Positions 18,016 to 27,690 of a stretch of 28,532 nt of DNA are shown in pieces. The DNA is from Promethearchaeia archaeon. GTDB taxonomy: Archaea > Asgardarchaeota > Lokiarchaeia > Sigyniarchaeales > SOKP01. The position numbers were made by a program, and so were the translations under genes. How positions within the stretch are numbered: the first letter of the stretch is position 1; every line of letters begins with the position of its first letter. The notes beneath the pieces are model-generated. The model saw only the letters and a program-made list of their open reading frames with translations. It had not been told where the DNA came from and made no database searches. Location of the stretch: positions 1 to 28,532 of the forward strand of contig JAHQWJ010000094.1 of assembly GCA_029856125.1 (NCBI GenBank), in the 5' to 3' direction.

Positions 18016-18519
18016 ATGGCAACAATAGATTTTGAATTTCGAAATCAAATTATCCAATCCGATATTGGTAATACGCTAGCTTATTGCTATCAATGTGCTA
18101 CTTGTAGTGGAGCGTGTCCTGTAGCACAGATAACAAATGGGCGTTATAATCCTAGAAGACTTATTTTAGATGCACTTCTTGGGTTAAAAGAGAAAATATT
18201 TGGTGAAGAAAATGCTTTTAATATATGGGGATGCACGGTATGCGATACCTGCGATGAAGTTTGTCCTCAAAAAGTGGAGCTCACAGAAATTTTTACTATT
18301 TTAAAAAATCTTAGTGTTGAAAAAGGTGAAGCACCAGATTACTATACGACGCAAGCTTCCGCTATTTTAGAAAGTGGTAAAGCCATCCCAATGCAACCTG
18401 CTATAGAAAGAAGAAGAGATCAACTCGGATTGCCAAAAGTAATTCCTCCTGATGTAGAAGAAGTAAGAAAATTATTAGAAGCTACAAAATTAGCAGAAAA
18501 AATTAAGAAAGAAGAATAA
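18016..18519 (+). CDS. hdrC: Heterodisulfide reductase subunit C-like 2x[4Fe-4S] protein
   Basis: CYQCATCSGACP, NPRRLI, IWGCTVCDTCDEVCPQKV, RRDQLGLP. The start is 18016 or 17980. Confidence 0.85.
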   Translation: MATIDFEFRNQIIQSDIGNTLAYCYQCATCSGACPVAQITNGRYNPRRLILDALLGLKEKIFGEENAFNIWGCTVCDTCDEVCPQKVELTEIFTILKNLSVEKGEAPDYYTTQASAILESGKAIPMQPAIERRRDQLGLPKVIPPDVEEVRKLLEATKLAEKIKKEE

Positions 18520-18649
18520 CCTTCTTCATTACTCTTTTTTTAGAAAAATTTTCAAGGAATTAACATCCTCTTTTAATAGTGAAGCTTAAATTGAAATAGT
18601 AGATGAGCTTTATTTAGAATATATAAAAATATTAATAAGTGAATTTTTG

Positions 18650-19420
18650 ATGAGAAGACCAATAATCGGTGGAAATTGGAAAATGAATAAAGGCTTACCT
18701 TTTGAAGCAGTAGATATGCTAAAAAAGTTGATTCCACTTGTGAAAAACATAAATAACGTCGATATTGTAATTACTCCACCATATACAGCTTTAATTCCAG
18801 TGATTGAACTCACTAAAAATACTAACATAATGATAGGAGCACAAAATATGTATTTCAAGGAAAAAGGTGCTTTTACTGGTGAAATATCCCCTATATTCTT
18901 GAAAGAGTTAGGATGTAGTTATGTTATTTTGGGTCATAGCGAAAGAAGAGACATTCTAAAAGAAACCGATGAAATCGTAAATAAAAAATTAAAAAAGGCT
19001 TTGAATTTTAACCTGAATCCTATTGTATGTATTGGAGAGCATTTAAATGAGAGAGAAACAAATAAGACAAAAGAATTTATAGAGAAACAATTTAGCCTCT
19101 CATTTAAAGATATGAGTGATGAAGAACTACGGAAAACTGTTATAGCTTATGAGCCAATCTGGGCGATAGGAACAGGAAGAACAGCTACTCCAGAACAAGC
19201 GGAAGAAATTCATATATTTATACGTGAGTTGATTACAAATGTTTATAATAGTAAAACTGCAAAAGCTGTTAGAATCCAATATGGAGGTTCTATTAAACCT
19301 AGTAATGCAAAAGATATTTTCAAAAAGGAAAACATCGACGGCGGTTTAGTTGGGGGTGCTTCCCTTAAAGCGAAGTCATTCAGTGATATAATTGAAGCTG
19401 CAAATGATTATTCTTTTTAG
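18650..19420 (+). CDS. tpiA: Triosephosphate isomerase, bacterial/eukaryotic type
   Basis: GGNWKMN, GAFTGEIS, GHSERR, AYEPIWAIGTG, YGGS, DGGLVGGASL. Confidence 0.97.
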   Translation: MRRPIIGGNWKMNKGLPFEAVDMLKKLIPLVKNINNVDIVITPPYTALIPVIELTKNTNIMIGAQNMYFKEKGAFTGEISPIFLKELGCSYVILGHSERRDILKETDEIVNKKLKKALNFNLNPIVCIGEHLNERETNKTKEFIEKQFSLSFKDMSDEELRKTVIAYEPIWAIGTGRTATPEQAEEIHIFIRELITNVYNSKTAKAVRIQYGGSIKPSNAKDIFKKENIDGGLVGGASLKAKSFSDIIEAANDYSF

Positions 19421-19443
19421 GATTTAATACGCTTTTATTTAAT

Positions 19444-20301
19444 TTATCCTAAAATTTGATCAAACATAGATGCAAGTTTTCCTGGAAACTCCCCTAAATA
19501 GGATTGTGGATCTGCAAAGAGTAAATAAAAATAAGGCTCAAACAGACCATTAATAGTTGGCCCAACTCCTGATTTTATTATATAAACCCATAACTGTTCA
19601 TTTGAAAAATATGATTGTCGGTAAATCCATTCAAGCGTTGACATATTCGGAAATACGCTAATGTTTCTTAGAATAGCGTCTATATCTGCCAATGAATATA
19701 AAGTCCCGAAACTCATGATTGGTGAAAGATCAAACGATGATATACAGATACCTTTAAGCCCATAATTACTCATTTCTTTTAAAAAATCGTCAGCTAAACT
19801 ATTGATCTTTTTTTTTTGTGCGTCTACGCGGTTTCTAGCTTCTTTATCAGTTAGGATTTCGATAATTAAATCCTCTTCATTTTGTAGCAATTCTAGGGCT
19901 GAATCAAGAGGAATTTTGTCTGCGATAACTATATTATAAATAATTTTGATTTTTGCTTTAACAGACTTTTGAAGGAGATACGACTCAGATTGTGTCGTGA
20001 TTAATACATCACCTTCATACTGATTACTATCGGGATTACCAGGATTTTTTTTACTAGATTTATATTCTAAAATTTCAATCTTCTTATCAATATTCCGAGC
20101 AAACTCAAACAGAGCAGAAACTAATCCTGCGTTGAGTTCAAATGAGCTAACTGGATCTAATTTCGTCAATGGTTCTAAATTCTGTTGCGTGAAGTCAAAA
20201 AATCTTAAATTTAATTTAACACCGTTTGGAGGAGTATTTAGAATTAAATTATAATATGGAAAGCCTGTATTAGTAATAACAGAAAACTCATAAAATGTCA
20301 T
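19444..20301 (-). CDS. Hypothetical protein with a longin-like N-terminal domain and a second alpha/beta domain
   Basis: FSVITNTGFPYY...ELNAGLVSALFEFARNIDKKIEILEY follows the longin beta-hairpin/helix pattern. The CDS is well supported; the fold is inferred. Confidence 0.55.
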   Translation of the reverse strand: MTFYEFSVITNTGFPYYNLILNTPPNGVKLNLRFFDFTQQNLEPLTKLDPVSSFELNAGLVSALFEFARNIDKKIEILEYKSSKKNPGNPDSNQYEGDVLITTQSESYLLQKSVKAKIKIIYNIVIADKIPLDSALELLQNEEDLIIEILTDKEARNRVDAQKKKINSLADDFLKEMSNYGLKGICISSFDLSPIMSFGTLYSLADIDAILRNISVFPNMSTLEWIYRQSYFSNEQLWVYIIKSGVGPTINGLFEPYFYLLFADPQSYLGEFPGKLASMFDQILG

Positions 20302-20346
20302 ATTAAATCAAAATCTAAGAAAAATTTGAAGATTGAAATATAATTT

Positions 20347-20364
20347 AATCTATAATTATAGATT
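20347..20364. promoter_or_regulatory. Perfect 18-bp palindrome, candidate operator
   Basis: AATCTATAATTATAGATT, 45 nt upstream of the start of the longin-like gene. Confidence 0.35.
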
Positions 20365-20466
20365 TGGCAATATATATTTAAATTAATTGAGTTAATTACA
20401 TAGTTTACATTAAAAAGCTAATCAAATTTCCAAGAATATAAAAGGGTAAAAACGGAGTTAAATTTT

Positions 20467-23262
20467 TTATTTTATTATTATCGCGGGTTTTCCAGGTAAC
20501 CCTTGAGCCGCTTTCTTTTCTTGCGATTCATTTTCTGGGATAACTATTACTTTACTTTTATATTTCTTTTCATAAATATTTTTGATTTCAAAAAAGAAAT
20601 TAACTTCATCCATAGCATTGATTGGGGATTTAACATATTTCCCAAGATTCTTCAAAACTTTAATGACTGTTTGAGAAATAAATTTCCCCTTTGTTTTAAA
20701 TTCTTTATTTTCCATTAATTTTCTAATTATTTCTCCTTGGTCCTTTGATTTTTCTGCTAAGGAGAGAAGCTTCAGCATTAAATCGAATTTCCATTCAGCT
20801 GCAATAATAATATTGATCTCATTTAGCTTATCTTTCTTAATAATTTGAATTATATGATTTATAGAATCAATAGTATTATTCATTAAATTCCATTTATAAT
20901 TATTTTCAACAGAAATGGTATTTTTATCGTAACTAGGCCATTTAGCTAAACTTAAAAAGCCCTTTTTTCCCATTTGCTCCCAAACTTCCTCAGTCATATG
21001 AGGTATAAACGGATGAAGTAATAGAGTTAAATTCTTTTTACATTTGCCAAAAATTTCGTTATTTACTCCCTCAAACTTATATCTATTTAATTCGGAAGTA
21101 AATTGGATTATTTCGTTAATTGCATCTCTAATTGAAATCTTCTCCAAGGCCTCGCTTACGTTTTTTATAGTTATATTAAGATTATATTCAATAAGCGTGT
21201 CTCTAATCGTTTTTTTCTCTCGGATTATTTCAGGCGATTCAATTAATAATTTAAAGGTGTTTTTTACAAATTTATAAGCAAAATCTACACCTTCATCAGA
21301 CCATTCTAATCCAGATTTAGGGCTTGCTCCAAATAAAATAAACAATCTAGCTGCATCTGCTCCATATTTGTTCATAATTCCAATAGGATCTACTGTATTG
21401 CCATAACTTTTACTCATCTTAACACTTTTCAAAATAAAATCCGTTCCACATCGTTTGCACTTTTTATTGTGCATTTCTGCTTTCAATGCGAACGTTTCAC
21501 ATTCAGGACAGAAAGGATGCGCTTTATTAACCATTCCTTGAGTTAAAAGACGCTGGAAAGGCTCACTAAATGAGTGAAGACCGATATCTCGAGCTACTTT
21601 AGTAAAAAATCGAGCGTATAATAAATGCATAATAGCATGTTCTATTCCACCAATATATTGATCGACATTCATCCAATAATCTGCGATTTCTTTTCTGTAC
21701 GGTAAATTTTCCTCATCGGGATCACAATACCTAAAAAAATACCAAGAGCTATCTACAAATGTATCCATAGTGTCTGTTTCCCTTTTTGCTTGTTTCCCAC
21801 ACTTTGGACATGGAACTTTAACATACATTTCACTTGTTTTTAACGGATTTCCTCTTCCGGTGAATTTTACATCTTTTGGTAACTCTACCGGTAATTCCTC
21901 ATATGGAATGGGTACGATTCCACAATTATCACAATATATAATTGGTATGGGGCACCCCCAATAACGCTGCCGGGAAATCAACCAATCTCTTAATTTGTAG
22001 TTTACAGTTTTTTCTCCCATTCCTATTAATTCTAGCTTTTTTGAAATTGAGTCTATTGCAGATCGGTTTTCCATACCATTAAATTCATCAGAATTAACTA
22101 AAATTCCATCTCTAACGTAAGCTCTAGTCATTTTATCCGCATTTAATTCGTATTCAAATGGTTGAATAACAACTTTTATTGGAATATTAAACTTCTTGGC
22201 AAATTCAAAATCACGCTGATCATGTCCAGGGACTGCCATAACGGCTCCAGCACCATATTCATAAATAACAAAGTTCCCAATATAAATCGGAATTTCTTCT
22301 TTAGTTATTGGATTAATAGCATGCTTACCAATGAACATCCCCTTCTTCTCTATATCAATATTGGTTCTTTCAAATTTATCCTGTTTCATTACATCATTAT
22401 AAAACTGTTCAAATAATTCATCATATTCCGTTTCTTTTACCCATTCTTTTATCCAAGGATGTTCCGGTGCGAAAACCATAAAGGTTACACCAAACAATGT
22501 GTCAGCTCTAGTTGTAAAGATGTCAATGGTTCTGTCCTCTTTAGCAATTGGGAATCGTATAGTACTTCCTTCCGATTTAGATATCCAATTTCGTTGCATA
22601 ATCTTCACTTTTTCTGGCCAGTCCACCGTATCCAAACCGTCTAAGAGTTCATCAGCATACTCACGAATTTTCAAAAACCATTGAGTTAAAAATTGTTGTT
22701 CAACTTCAGAGCTGCATCGCCAACATTTACCACTTTGTACTTGTTCGTTAGCTAATACTGTTATACATTTTGGACACCAATTCACATAGCTTTCTTGTCG
22801 GTATGCTAAACCTTTTTCATACATTTTCAAGAAGAACCACTGATCCCATTTGTAATAATTAGGATCGTGACTAAAGACCATTCGCGTCCAATCGTATGAA
22901 AGTCCTATCCGTTTTTGTTGTTTTTGAATTGATTTTATATTTAAGCTTGTCCACTCTTCGGGATCAACTCCATGGTCAATTGCTGCGTTTTCTGCCGGTA
23001 ATCCATAACTGTCATATCCCATTGGATATAAAACATTGAATCCTTTCATCCTTTTATATCTTGCAAATGAATCCCCTATTGAATAATTGCGTAGGTGTCC
23101 GATATGTAAATCAGAACTTGGATATGGATACATCTCTAATACATAATATTTTTCTTTTCCATCTTTGTTCAGATCTTCTTTAACTTCAAAAATTTTTTCA
23201 AGTTCCCATATCTTTTGCCATTTTTCCTCAATTTCTTGAAAATTATATTCAGCATTAACCAT
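20467..23262 (-). CDS. leuS: Leucine--tRNA ligase (bacterial-type core, archaeal-type C-terminus)
   Basis: [17 protein letters not shown]1 editing FTTRADT and [45 protein letters not shown]-terminal LPGKPAIII. Confidence 0.97.
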   Translation of the reverse strand: MVNAEYNFQEIEEKWQKIWELEKIFEVKEDLNKDGKEKYYVLEMYPYPSSDLHIGHLRNYSIGDSFARYKRMKGFNVLYPMGYDSYGLPAENAAIDHGVDPEEWTSLNIKSIQKQQKRIGLSYDWTRMVFSHDPNYYKWDQWFFLKMYEKGLAYRQESYVNWCPKCITVLANEQVQSGKCWRCSSEVEQQFLTQWFLKIREYADELLDGLDTVDWPEKVKIMQRNWISKSEGSTIRFPIAKEDRTIDIFTTRADTLFGVTFMVFAPEHPWIKEWVKETEYDELFEQFYNDVMKQDKFERTNIDIEKKGMFIGKHAINPITKEEIPIYIGNFVIYEYGAGAVMAVPGHDQRDFEFAKKFNIPIKVVIQPFEYELNADKMTRAYVRDGILVNSDEFNGMENRSAIDSISKKLELIGMGEKTVNYKLRDWLISRQRYWGCPIPIIYCDNCGIVPIPYEELPVELPKDVKFTGRGNPLKTSEMYVKVPCPKCGKQAKRETDTMDTFVDSSWYFFRYCDPDEENLPYRKEIADYWMNVDQYIGGIEHAIMHLLYARFFTKVARDIGLHSFSEPFQRLLTQGMVNKAHPFCPECETFALKAEMHNKKCKRCGTDFILKSVKMSKSYGNTVDPIGIMNKYGADAARLFILFGASPKSGLEWSDEGVDFAYKFVKNTFKLLIESPEIIREKKTIRDTLIEYNLNITIKNVSEALEKISIRDAINEIIQFTSELNRYKFEGVNNEIFGKCKKNLTLLLHPFIPHMTEEVWEQMGKKGFLSLAKWPSYDKNTISVENNYKWNLMNNTIDSINHIIQIIKKDKLNEINIIIAAEWKFDLMLKLLSLAEKSKDQGEIIRKLMENKEFKTKGKFISQTVIKVLKNLGKYVKSPINAMDEVNFFFEIKNIYEKKYKSKVIVIPENESQEKKAAQGLPGKPAIIIK

Positions 23263-23395
23263 TTTAAATCAAAATCAATTTTTTAACATTGTTTATTAAA
23301 ATATAAACATGAATAATTTAAACAATAAATTTTTTTTGAATTAAGGTATATTCTTTATCAAAAAGGTATTCCTCACTAAAATTTTCGTTTTAATA

Positions 23396-24400
23396 ATGGC
23401 AATAGATAAGATCAGAGTGTCGATAGGTAGTGCTTCAGTACTAGGGTTATACGAGAGTAAAGGATTTAAGGATATTCCAACGACATGTTATTTAATGACT
23501 TATAAAGATGGCCATTGTACGGCAAATTGCGGTTTTTGTCCCCAAGCTAGAGAATCAGGAAGTTCTATTGAATTGTTATCCCGCGTTAGTTGGCCAGTTT
23601 TTAGTTTTAAGGATTTTTTGACGAAATTGAATTACATGCCCCATGCAAAAAGATTTAAAAGAATTTGTATCCAAACCTTAAATTATTTGCAAAATTTTCA
23701 AGATCTCATAGAAATTGTTTCCCAGATTAGAAAAAGATGCAACATTCCAATATCTATAGCAATACCGCCTATGGGGAAAGAAAATTTAGAAAGATTAAAA
23801 CTTCTTGGTGTGGATCGGGTAGGTATAGCTCTTGATGGTGCTACTCCTGAAATTTTTGAACAGGTAAAAGGAAAAGTAGTTAGAGGCCCTTATAATTGGA
23901 GTAACCACATTCAAAATCTCAAAGAAGCGCTTACAATTTTTGGAGAGGGAAATGTTACAACGCATTTAATCGTGGGATTGGGGGAAACTGCAGTTGCAAT
24001 CTTGAAAATGATTAAGAACCTTCACGATTTAAAAATAAGAGTAAGTCTTTTTGCATTTATGCCCATAAAAGGGACATTACTTGAGAATTTAAGCCGACCA
24101 AATTTATTAAATTTTAGAAAAATACAATTAGGAAGATATCTTCTGGTGAGCAATAATAGAACCCTTAAGGACTTTACTTTTAATAATTTTGGAGAAATAG
24201 TTAAGTTTAATTTAAATGAGAAGGAGTTATGGCATATTATTTGCAATTCGGATGCGTTTTTAACATCGGGCTGCCCTGGTTGTAATCGTCCTTACTATAC
24301 ATCAAGACCTTCGGGTCCTATTTATAATTATCCTAGAACATTATTAACACATGAGATGGATGATATTTTTAAAAATTTAATGAATACTGTTCATAAATAA
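23396..24400 (+). CDS. lipS2: Radical SAM lipoyl synthase component LipS2
   Basis: CTANCGFC (CX3CX2C), LSRVSWP, THLIVGLGE and TSGCPGCNRP, which matches the TxGCPxCxRP LipS2 signature. Confidence 0.85.
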   Translation: MAIDKIRVSIGSASVLGLYESKGFKDIPTTCYLMTYKDGHCTANCGFCPQARESGSSIELLSRVSWPVFSFKDFLTKLNYMPHAKRFKRICIQTLNYLQNFQDLIEIVSQIRKRCNIPISIAIPPMGKENLERLKLLGVDRVGIALDGATPEIFEQVKGKVVRGPYNWSNHIQNLKEALTIFGEGNVTTHLIVGLGETAVAILKMIKNLHDLKIRVSLFAFMPIKGTLLENLSRPNLLNFRKIQLGRYLLVSNNRTLKDFTFNNFGEIVKFNLNEKELWHIICNSDAFLTSGCPGCNRPYYTSRPSGPIYNYPRTLLTHEMDDIFKNLMNTVHK

Positions 24401-24402
24401 AT

Positions 24403-25194
24403 GTGGTAAAAGGCTTGAGAGAATGGAGATTTCTTCCCTTAGAAACTAGAAATGGATATTGGAATATGGCTTTAGATGAGGCTATACTAAATGCAGCTAT
24501 TGAAAAAAAAATTCCTAATACTTTAAGATTTTTCAAATGGGAGCCATCAACTGTATCTATTGGAAGAAATCAAAGCATTTCTAACGAAGTAGATTTGAAT
24601 GCTGTTAGAGAAAACGGTTTTAATGTTATACGGAGGATAACTGGGGGTGGTGCTGTATTCCATGATAGTACTCGTGAGATTACCTATTCTATTGTATGTT
24701 CTTTGAAATTTCTAGAAAACCTTGATGCTAAGAATGTGATTGAGCAATTTGAAATTATTGAAGCGGGGATTGTTAATGCTTTAACACAATATGGCTTGCA
24801 GCCTCAAAAAGGAGTTATTCATTGCCCTGCTATTTTTTTAGACGGAAAGAAATTTTCAGGAAATGCACAGATAAGAAAGAAGGGGTATCTCCTTCAACAT
24901 GGAACAATTTTATTAGAACTTGATCCTAACCTTATGTATTCCGTTTTAAAAGCACCCTACAATGTAGGGAAAACTAAAATGGTGAAATCTGTGTATGCAA
25001 AGTGCATCGGCATCAAAGAACGATTAGAACATTATGATGAAACGAAATTCTTGTTCTATCTTAAGGCCGGTTTCGAGGCGACATTAGGAATTAAATTAAT
25101 AGAAGGAAATTTCACAGATTATGAATTGAATTTAGCAGATAAACTTGTGTCTAAAAAATATTCAAATAAGAATTGGCTGGAAAAATATGAATGA
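24403..25194 (+). CDS. Lipoate/octanoate-protein ligase catalytic domain (LplA/LipM family)
   Basis: NMALDEA, SIGRNQ, RRITGGGAVFHD, KKFSGNAQ, LQHGTI. At 263 aa it has no C-terminal accessory domain. Confidence 0.92.
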   Translation: MVKGLREWRFLPLETRNGYWNMALDEAILNAAIEKKIPNTLRFFKWEPSTVSIGRNQSISNEVDLNAVRENGFNVIRRITGGGAVFHDSTREITYSIVCSLKFLENLDAKNVIEQFEIIEAGIVNALTQYGLQPQKGVIHCPAIFLDGKKFSGNAQIRKKGYLLQHGTILLELDPNLMYSVLKAPYNVGKTKMVKSVYAKCIGIKERLEHYDETKFLFYLKAGFEATLGIKLIEGNFTDYELNLADKLVSKKYSNKNWLEKYE

Positions 25195-26239
25195 TATTAC
25201 TGATTTAGTTAAGAGATTTGAATTAGGTAGTCAAACATGGTCAGATTATGAAAAATTGTTAAAACTTGATAATAGAGAAATAGAACCAATTTTAAATCTT
25301 GCTTACAAAGTAAAGAAGAGAAAATTTGGAAATCTTATAAAAATTTATATCCCTAATAAACGGTTTCCAGCTATAAGCATTACTGGAAGTGAATGTTCAT
25401 TACACTGCGAACATTGTAATAAAAAATATTTAGATGGTATGAAACCTATCCTGAACAATTCCGAATTAAAATCCTACTTGTTAGAATTATACAAAAAAGA
25501 TGGAATTGGTGTTTTGCTTTCGGGAGGATGTCTTCCCGATGGTTCAGTACCTTTATTAAACTTTCTAGATACCATTAAAGAAATCAAGAATAAAACAAAT
25601 TTAATAATCAACGCTCATACTGGGTTGCTTAATGAAGAAACTGCAAAGAAATTAGCAAGTGCGGGAGTTGATATCGTTTCTTTTGATGTTACTATGGATA
25701 AAGATGTAATAAACAATATTTACCATTTAAATAAAGATATTGACGATTACAAAAAAGCAATCAGACTCATGCAAAAATATGGAATAAATATCGTTCCTCA
25801 TATTTGCATAGGGTTATTCTATGGAAAGATTCACAAAGAATTGGAAACAATTAAATTTTTGAAAGAATCGGGATTAGATCCCTCTTTAATAGTAATGATT
25901 GCCTTAATCCCTCCAAATAATTCCGTAAATAAATTTCTTAGACCTCAACCAGGTGATATCGCAAAAATTATTGCGACTACTAGATTTATCTACCCAGACG
26001 CAGAGATTTCCTTAGGGTGTATGAGACCAAGAGGGGAAGTTAAATTAGATATAGAAAAATATGCAATTAAAGCTGGGATTAACAGGATTGAAATACCTTC
26101 AAAAAATACCTTAAAATGGGTAAAAAAAAACGATCCTGATGTTGTCTTCAATTTCTTCTCAGCGTGTTGTGCGATTCCAGATAAATTTGAAAAGTACGCA
26201 AAAAGCAAGGATTCAGATTTAAAGAATTATAAGATTTAA
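25187..26239 (+). CDS. lipS1: Radical SAM lipoyl synthase component LipS1
   Basis: ISITGSECSLHCEHC, LLSGG, AHTGL, VPHICIGL, LGCMRP and C-terminal CCA (the GC(M/A)R and CC LipS1 signatures). The likely ATG at 25187 overlaps the ligase stop. Confidence 0.85.
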   Translation: MNDITDLVKRFELGSQTWSDYEKLLKLDNREIEPILNLAYKVKKRKFGNLIKIYIPNKRFPAISITGSECSLHCEHCNKKYLDGMKPILNNSELKSYLLELYKKDGIGVLLSGGCLPDGSVPLLNFLDTIKEIKNKTNLIINAHTGLLNEETAKKLASAGVDIVSFDVTMDKDVINNIYHLNKDIDDYKKAIRLMQKYGINIVPHICIGLFYGKIHKELETIKFLKESGLDPSLIVMIALIPPNNSVNKFLRPQPGDIAKIIATTRFIYPDAEISLGCMRPRGEVKLDIEKYAIKAGINRIEIPSKNTLKWVKKNDPDVVFNFFSACCAIPDKFEKYAKSKDSDLKNYKI

Positions 26240-26264
26240 TTTTTAAAAAGGAGGATTTAAGGAT

Positions 26265-27680
26265 ATGAGCGGAAAAATAGAAATTTTTGGAGTAGAAGAT
26301 ATCCCCCTAATAAAACCCAGCGACAATATTCCATTAATCATTTTTAATGCTTTAACAAAAAACAGTATCTCATTAGAAGATGGAGACATTGTTATTATTG
26401 CCCAAACCATAATATCTAAAAGTTTGGGAAATCTAAGAAATATAAGAGACATAGTCCCAAGTCAAGAGGCTATCGATCTGCACGACAAAATGGCTCCCCT
26501 GATAAGAAAAAATAATTTACCTGATAAAAGCCCTGAGCTAATTCAAGCGATATTAGATGAATCGAGACAAGTTTTGAAAGCAGAGCATGTAATGATTGTT
26601 GAAACGAATCACGGTTTTATATGTGCAAATGCAGGTATTGATAAATCTAATGTCGGAAAAGGGGATATAATTTCTCTGCTCCCTTTAGATTCGGATAAAG
26701 AAGCCGAAAAAATCCGGATTTCACTTCAAAATTTAACACAAAAAAAAATTGCTGTGGTAATTTCAGACTCTTTTGGAAGATCGTTTAGATTGGGAGCAGT
26801 AGGAGTAGCATTAGGCGTTTCTGGAATATCTTCAATATTGGACAAACGGGGTAGTGTGGATTTATATGGAAAAGAATTACAAAGTACAATCATCGGTCAG
26901 ATTGACAATTTGACTTCTGCTGCTCAATTAATCATGGGAGAAGCGGACGAAGGTCTACCAGTTGTTATAATCAGGGGATATAAATATTCAATAATAGAGA
27001 ATTCTTCTATAAACCAAATTTTAAGAAAAAGCGAGATAGATTTATTTAGAGAGAAACCAATAAGTAGGAATTTTGAAACCATTCTTAAATCTCGGAGAAG
27101 TTATAAATCAGAGTTTAACGATAAAGAAGTTAGTATTAAACTGATAGAAGATTGTATTGATGTAGCTCGATGGGCTCCAAGTGCTCACAATAGCCAATTC
27201 TGGAGATATTCTATAATTGAAAGAGGAAAGAATCGTGAAACTTTGATTAAGAAGATGAATTCTAAATTGAAAGAAGACTTGATAGCAGAAGGCAAATCAG
27301 ATAATTATGTTTTAAAGAAAACAAATAAAACAAGAAATCAATTTCTCAATTCACCTTATTTAATACTCCTATGCATGGATACACGCGATTTGGAGCCCGA
27401 TTCAGATAATACACGAGAATTTAATGAGTATATAATGGGAGTGCAGAGTGTAAGCACCTCAGCAACCTATTTACTTCTTGCATTTGAAAATAAAGGACTA
27501 TCAGCGTGCTGGTATTGTGCACCTTTATTTGCAAAAGAAATTATTAAGGAAGTACTGAAACTGCCAAGTTCTTTCGTACCGATGGCATTTTTCACTGTAG
27601 GTTATTCGACTAAAACGACTCAAAAACCTTATCGTAAGGAATTGAAAGATATTATCTTTAGAATAAGTAAAGAAGAATGA
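26265..27680 (+). CDS. cofE: Coenzyme F420-0:L-glutamate ligase fused to a C-terminal nitroreductase domain (FbiB architecture)
   Basis: CofE motifs ICANAGIDKSN, ISDSFGRSFR, MGEADEGLPVVIIRG, followed by nitroreductase motifs SRRSYK, ARWAPSAHNSQFW, GLSACW. AGGAGG SD upstream. Confidence 0.93.
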   Translation: MSGKIEIFGVEDIPLIKPSDNIPLIIFNALTKNSISLEDGDIVIIAQTIISKSLGNLRNIRDIVPSQEAIDLHDKMAPLIRKNNLPDKSPELIQAILDESRQVLKAEHVMIVETNHGFICANAGIDKSNVGKGDIISLLPLDSDKEAEKIRISLQNLTQKKIAVVISDSFGRSFRLGAVGVALGVSGISSILDKRGSVDLYGKELQSTIIGQIDNLTSAAQLIMGEADEGLPVVIIRGYKYSIIENSSINQILRKSEIDLFREKPISRNFETILKSRRSYKSEFNDKEVSIKLIEDCIDVARWAPSAHNSQFWRYSIIERGKNRETLIKKMNSKLKEDLIAEGKSDNYVLKKTNKTRNQFLNSPYLILLCMDTRDLEPDSDNTREFNEYIMGVQSVSTSATYLLLAFENKGLSACWYCAPLFAKEIIKEVLKLPSSFVPMAFFTVGYSTKTTQKPYRKELKDIIFRISKEE

Positions 27681-27690
27681 GTGTTAAAAT

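Noticed and set aside
23396-26239. Radical SAM genes as biotin synthase or as the F420 FO synthase CofG/CofH
   Set aside because: LipS1/LipS2 signature motifs and the intervening lipoate ligase fit better; BioB and CofG/H motifs were not recognised.
1944-26452. Remaining short track ORFs (1944, 5954, 9394, 10619, 12971, 13247, 16600, 18610, 20503, 21044, 21770, 22162, 22459, 22499, 24022, 25990, 26243)
   Set aside because: All lie antisense to, or out of frame within, well-supported genes and lack motifs.
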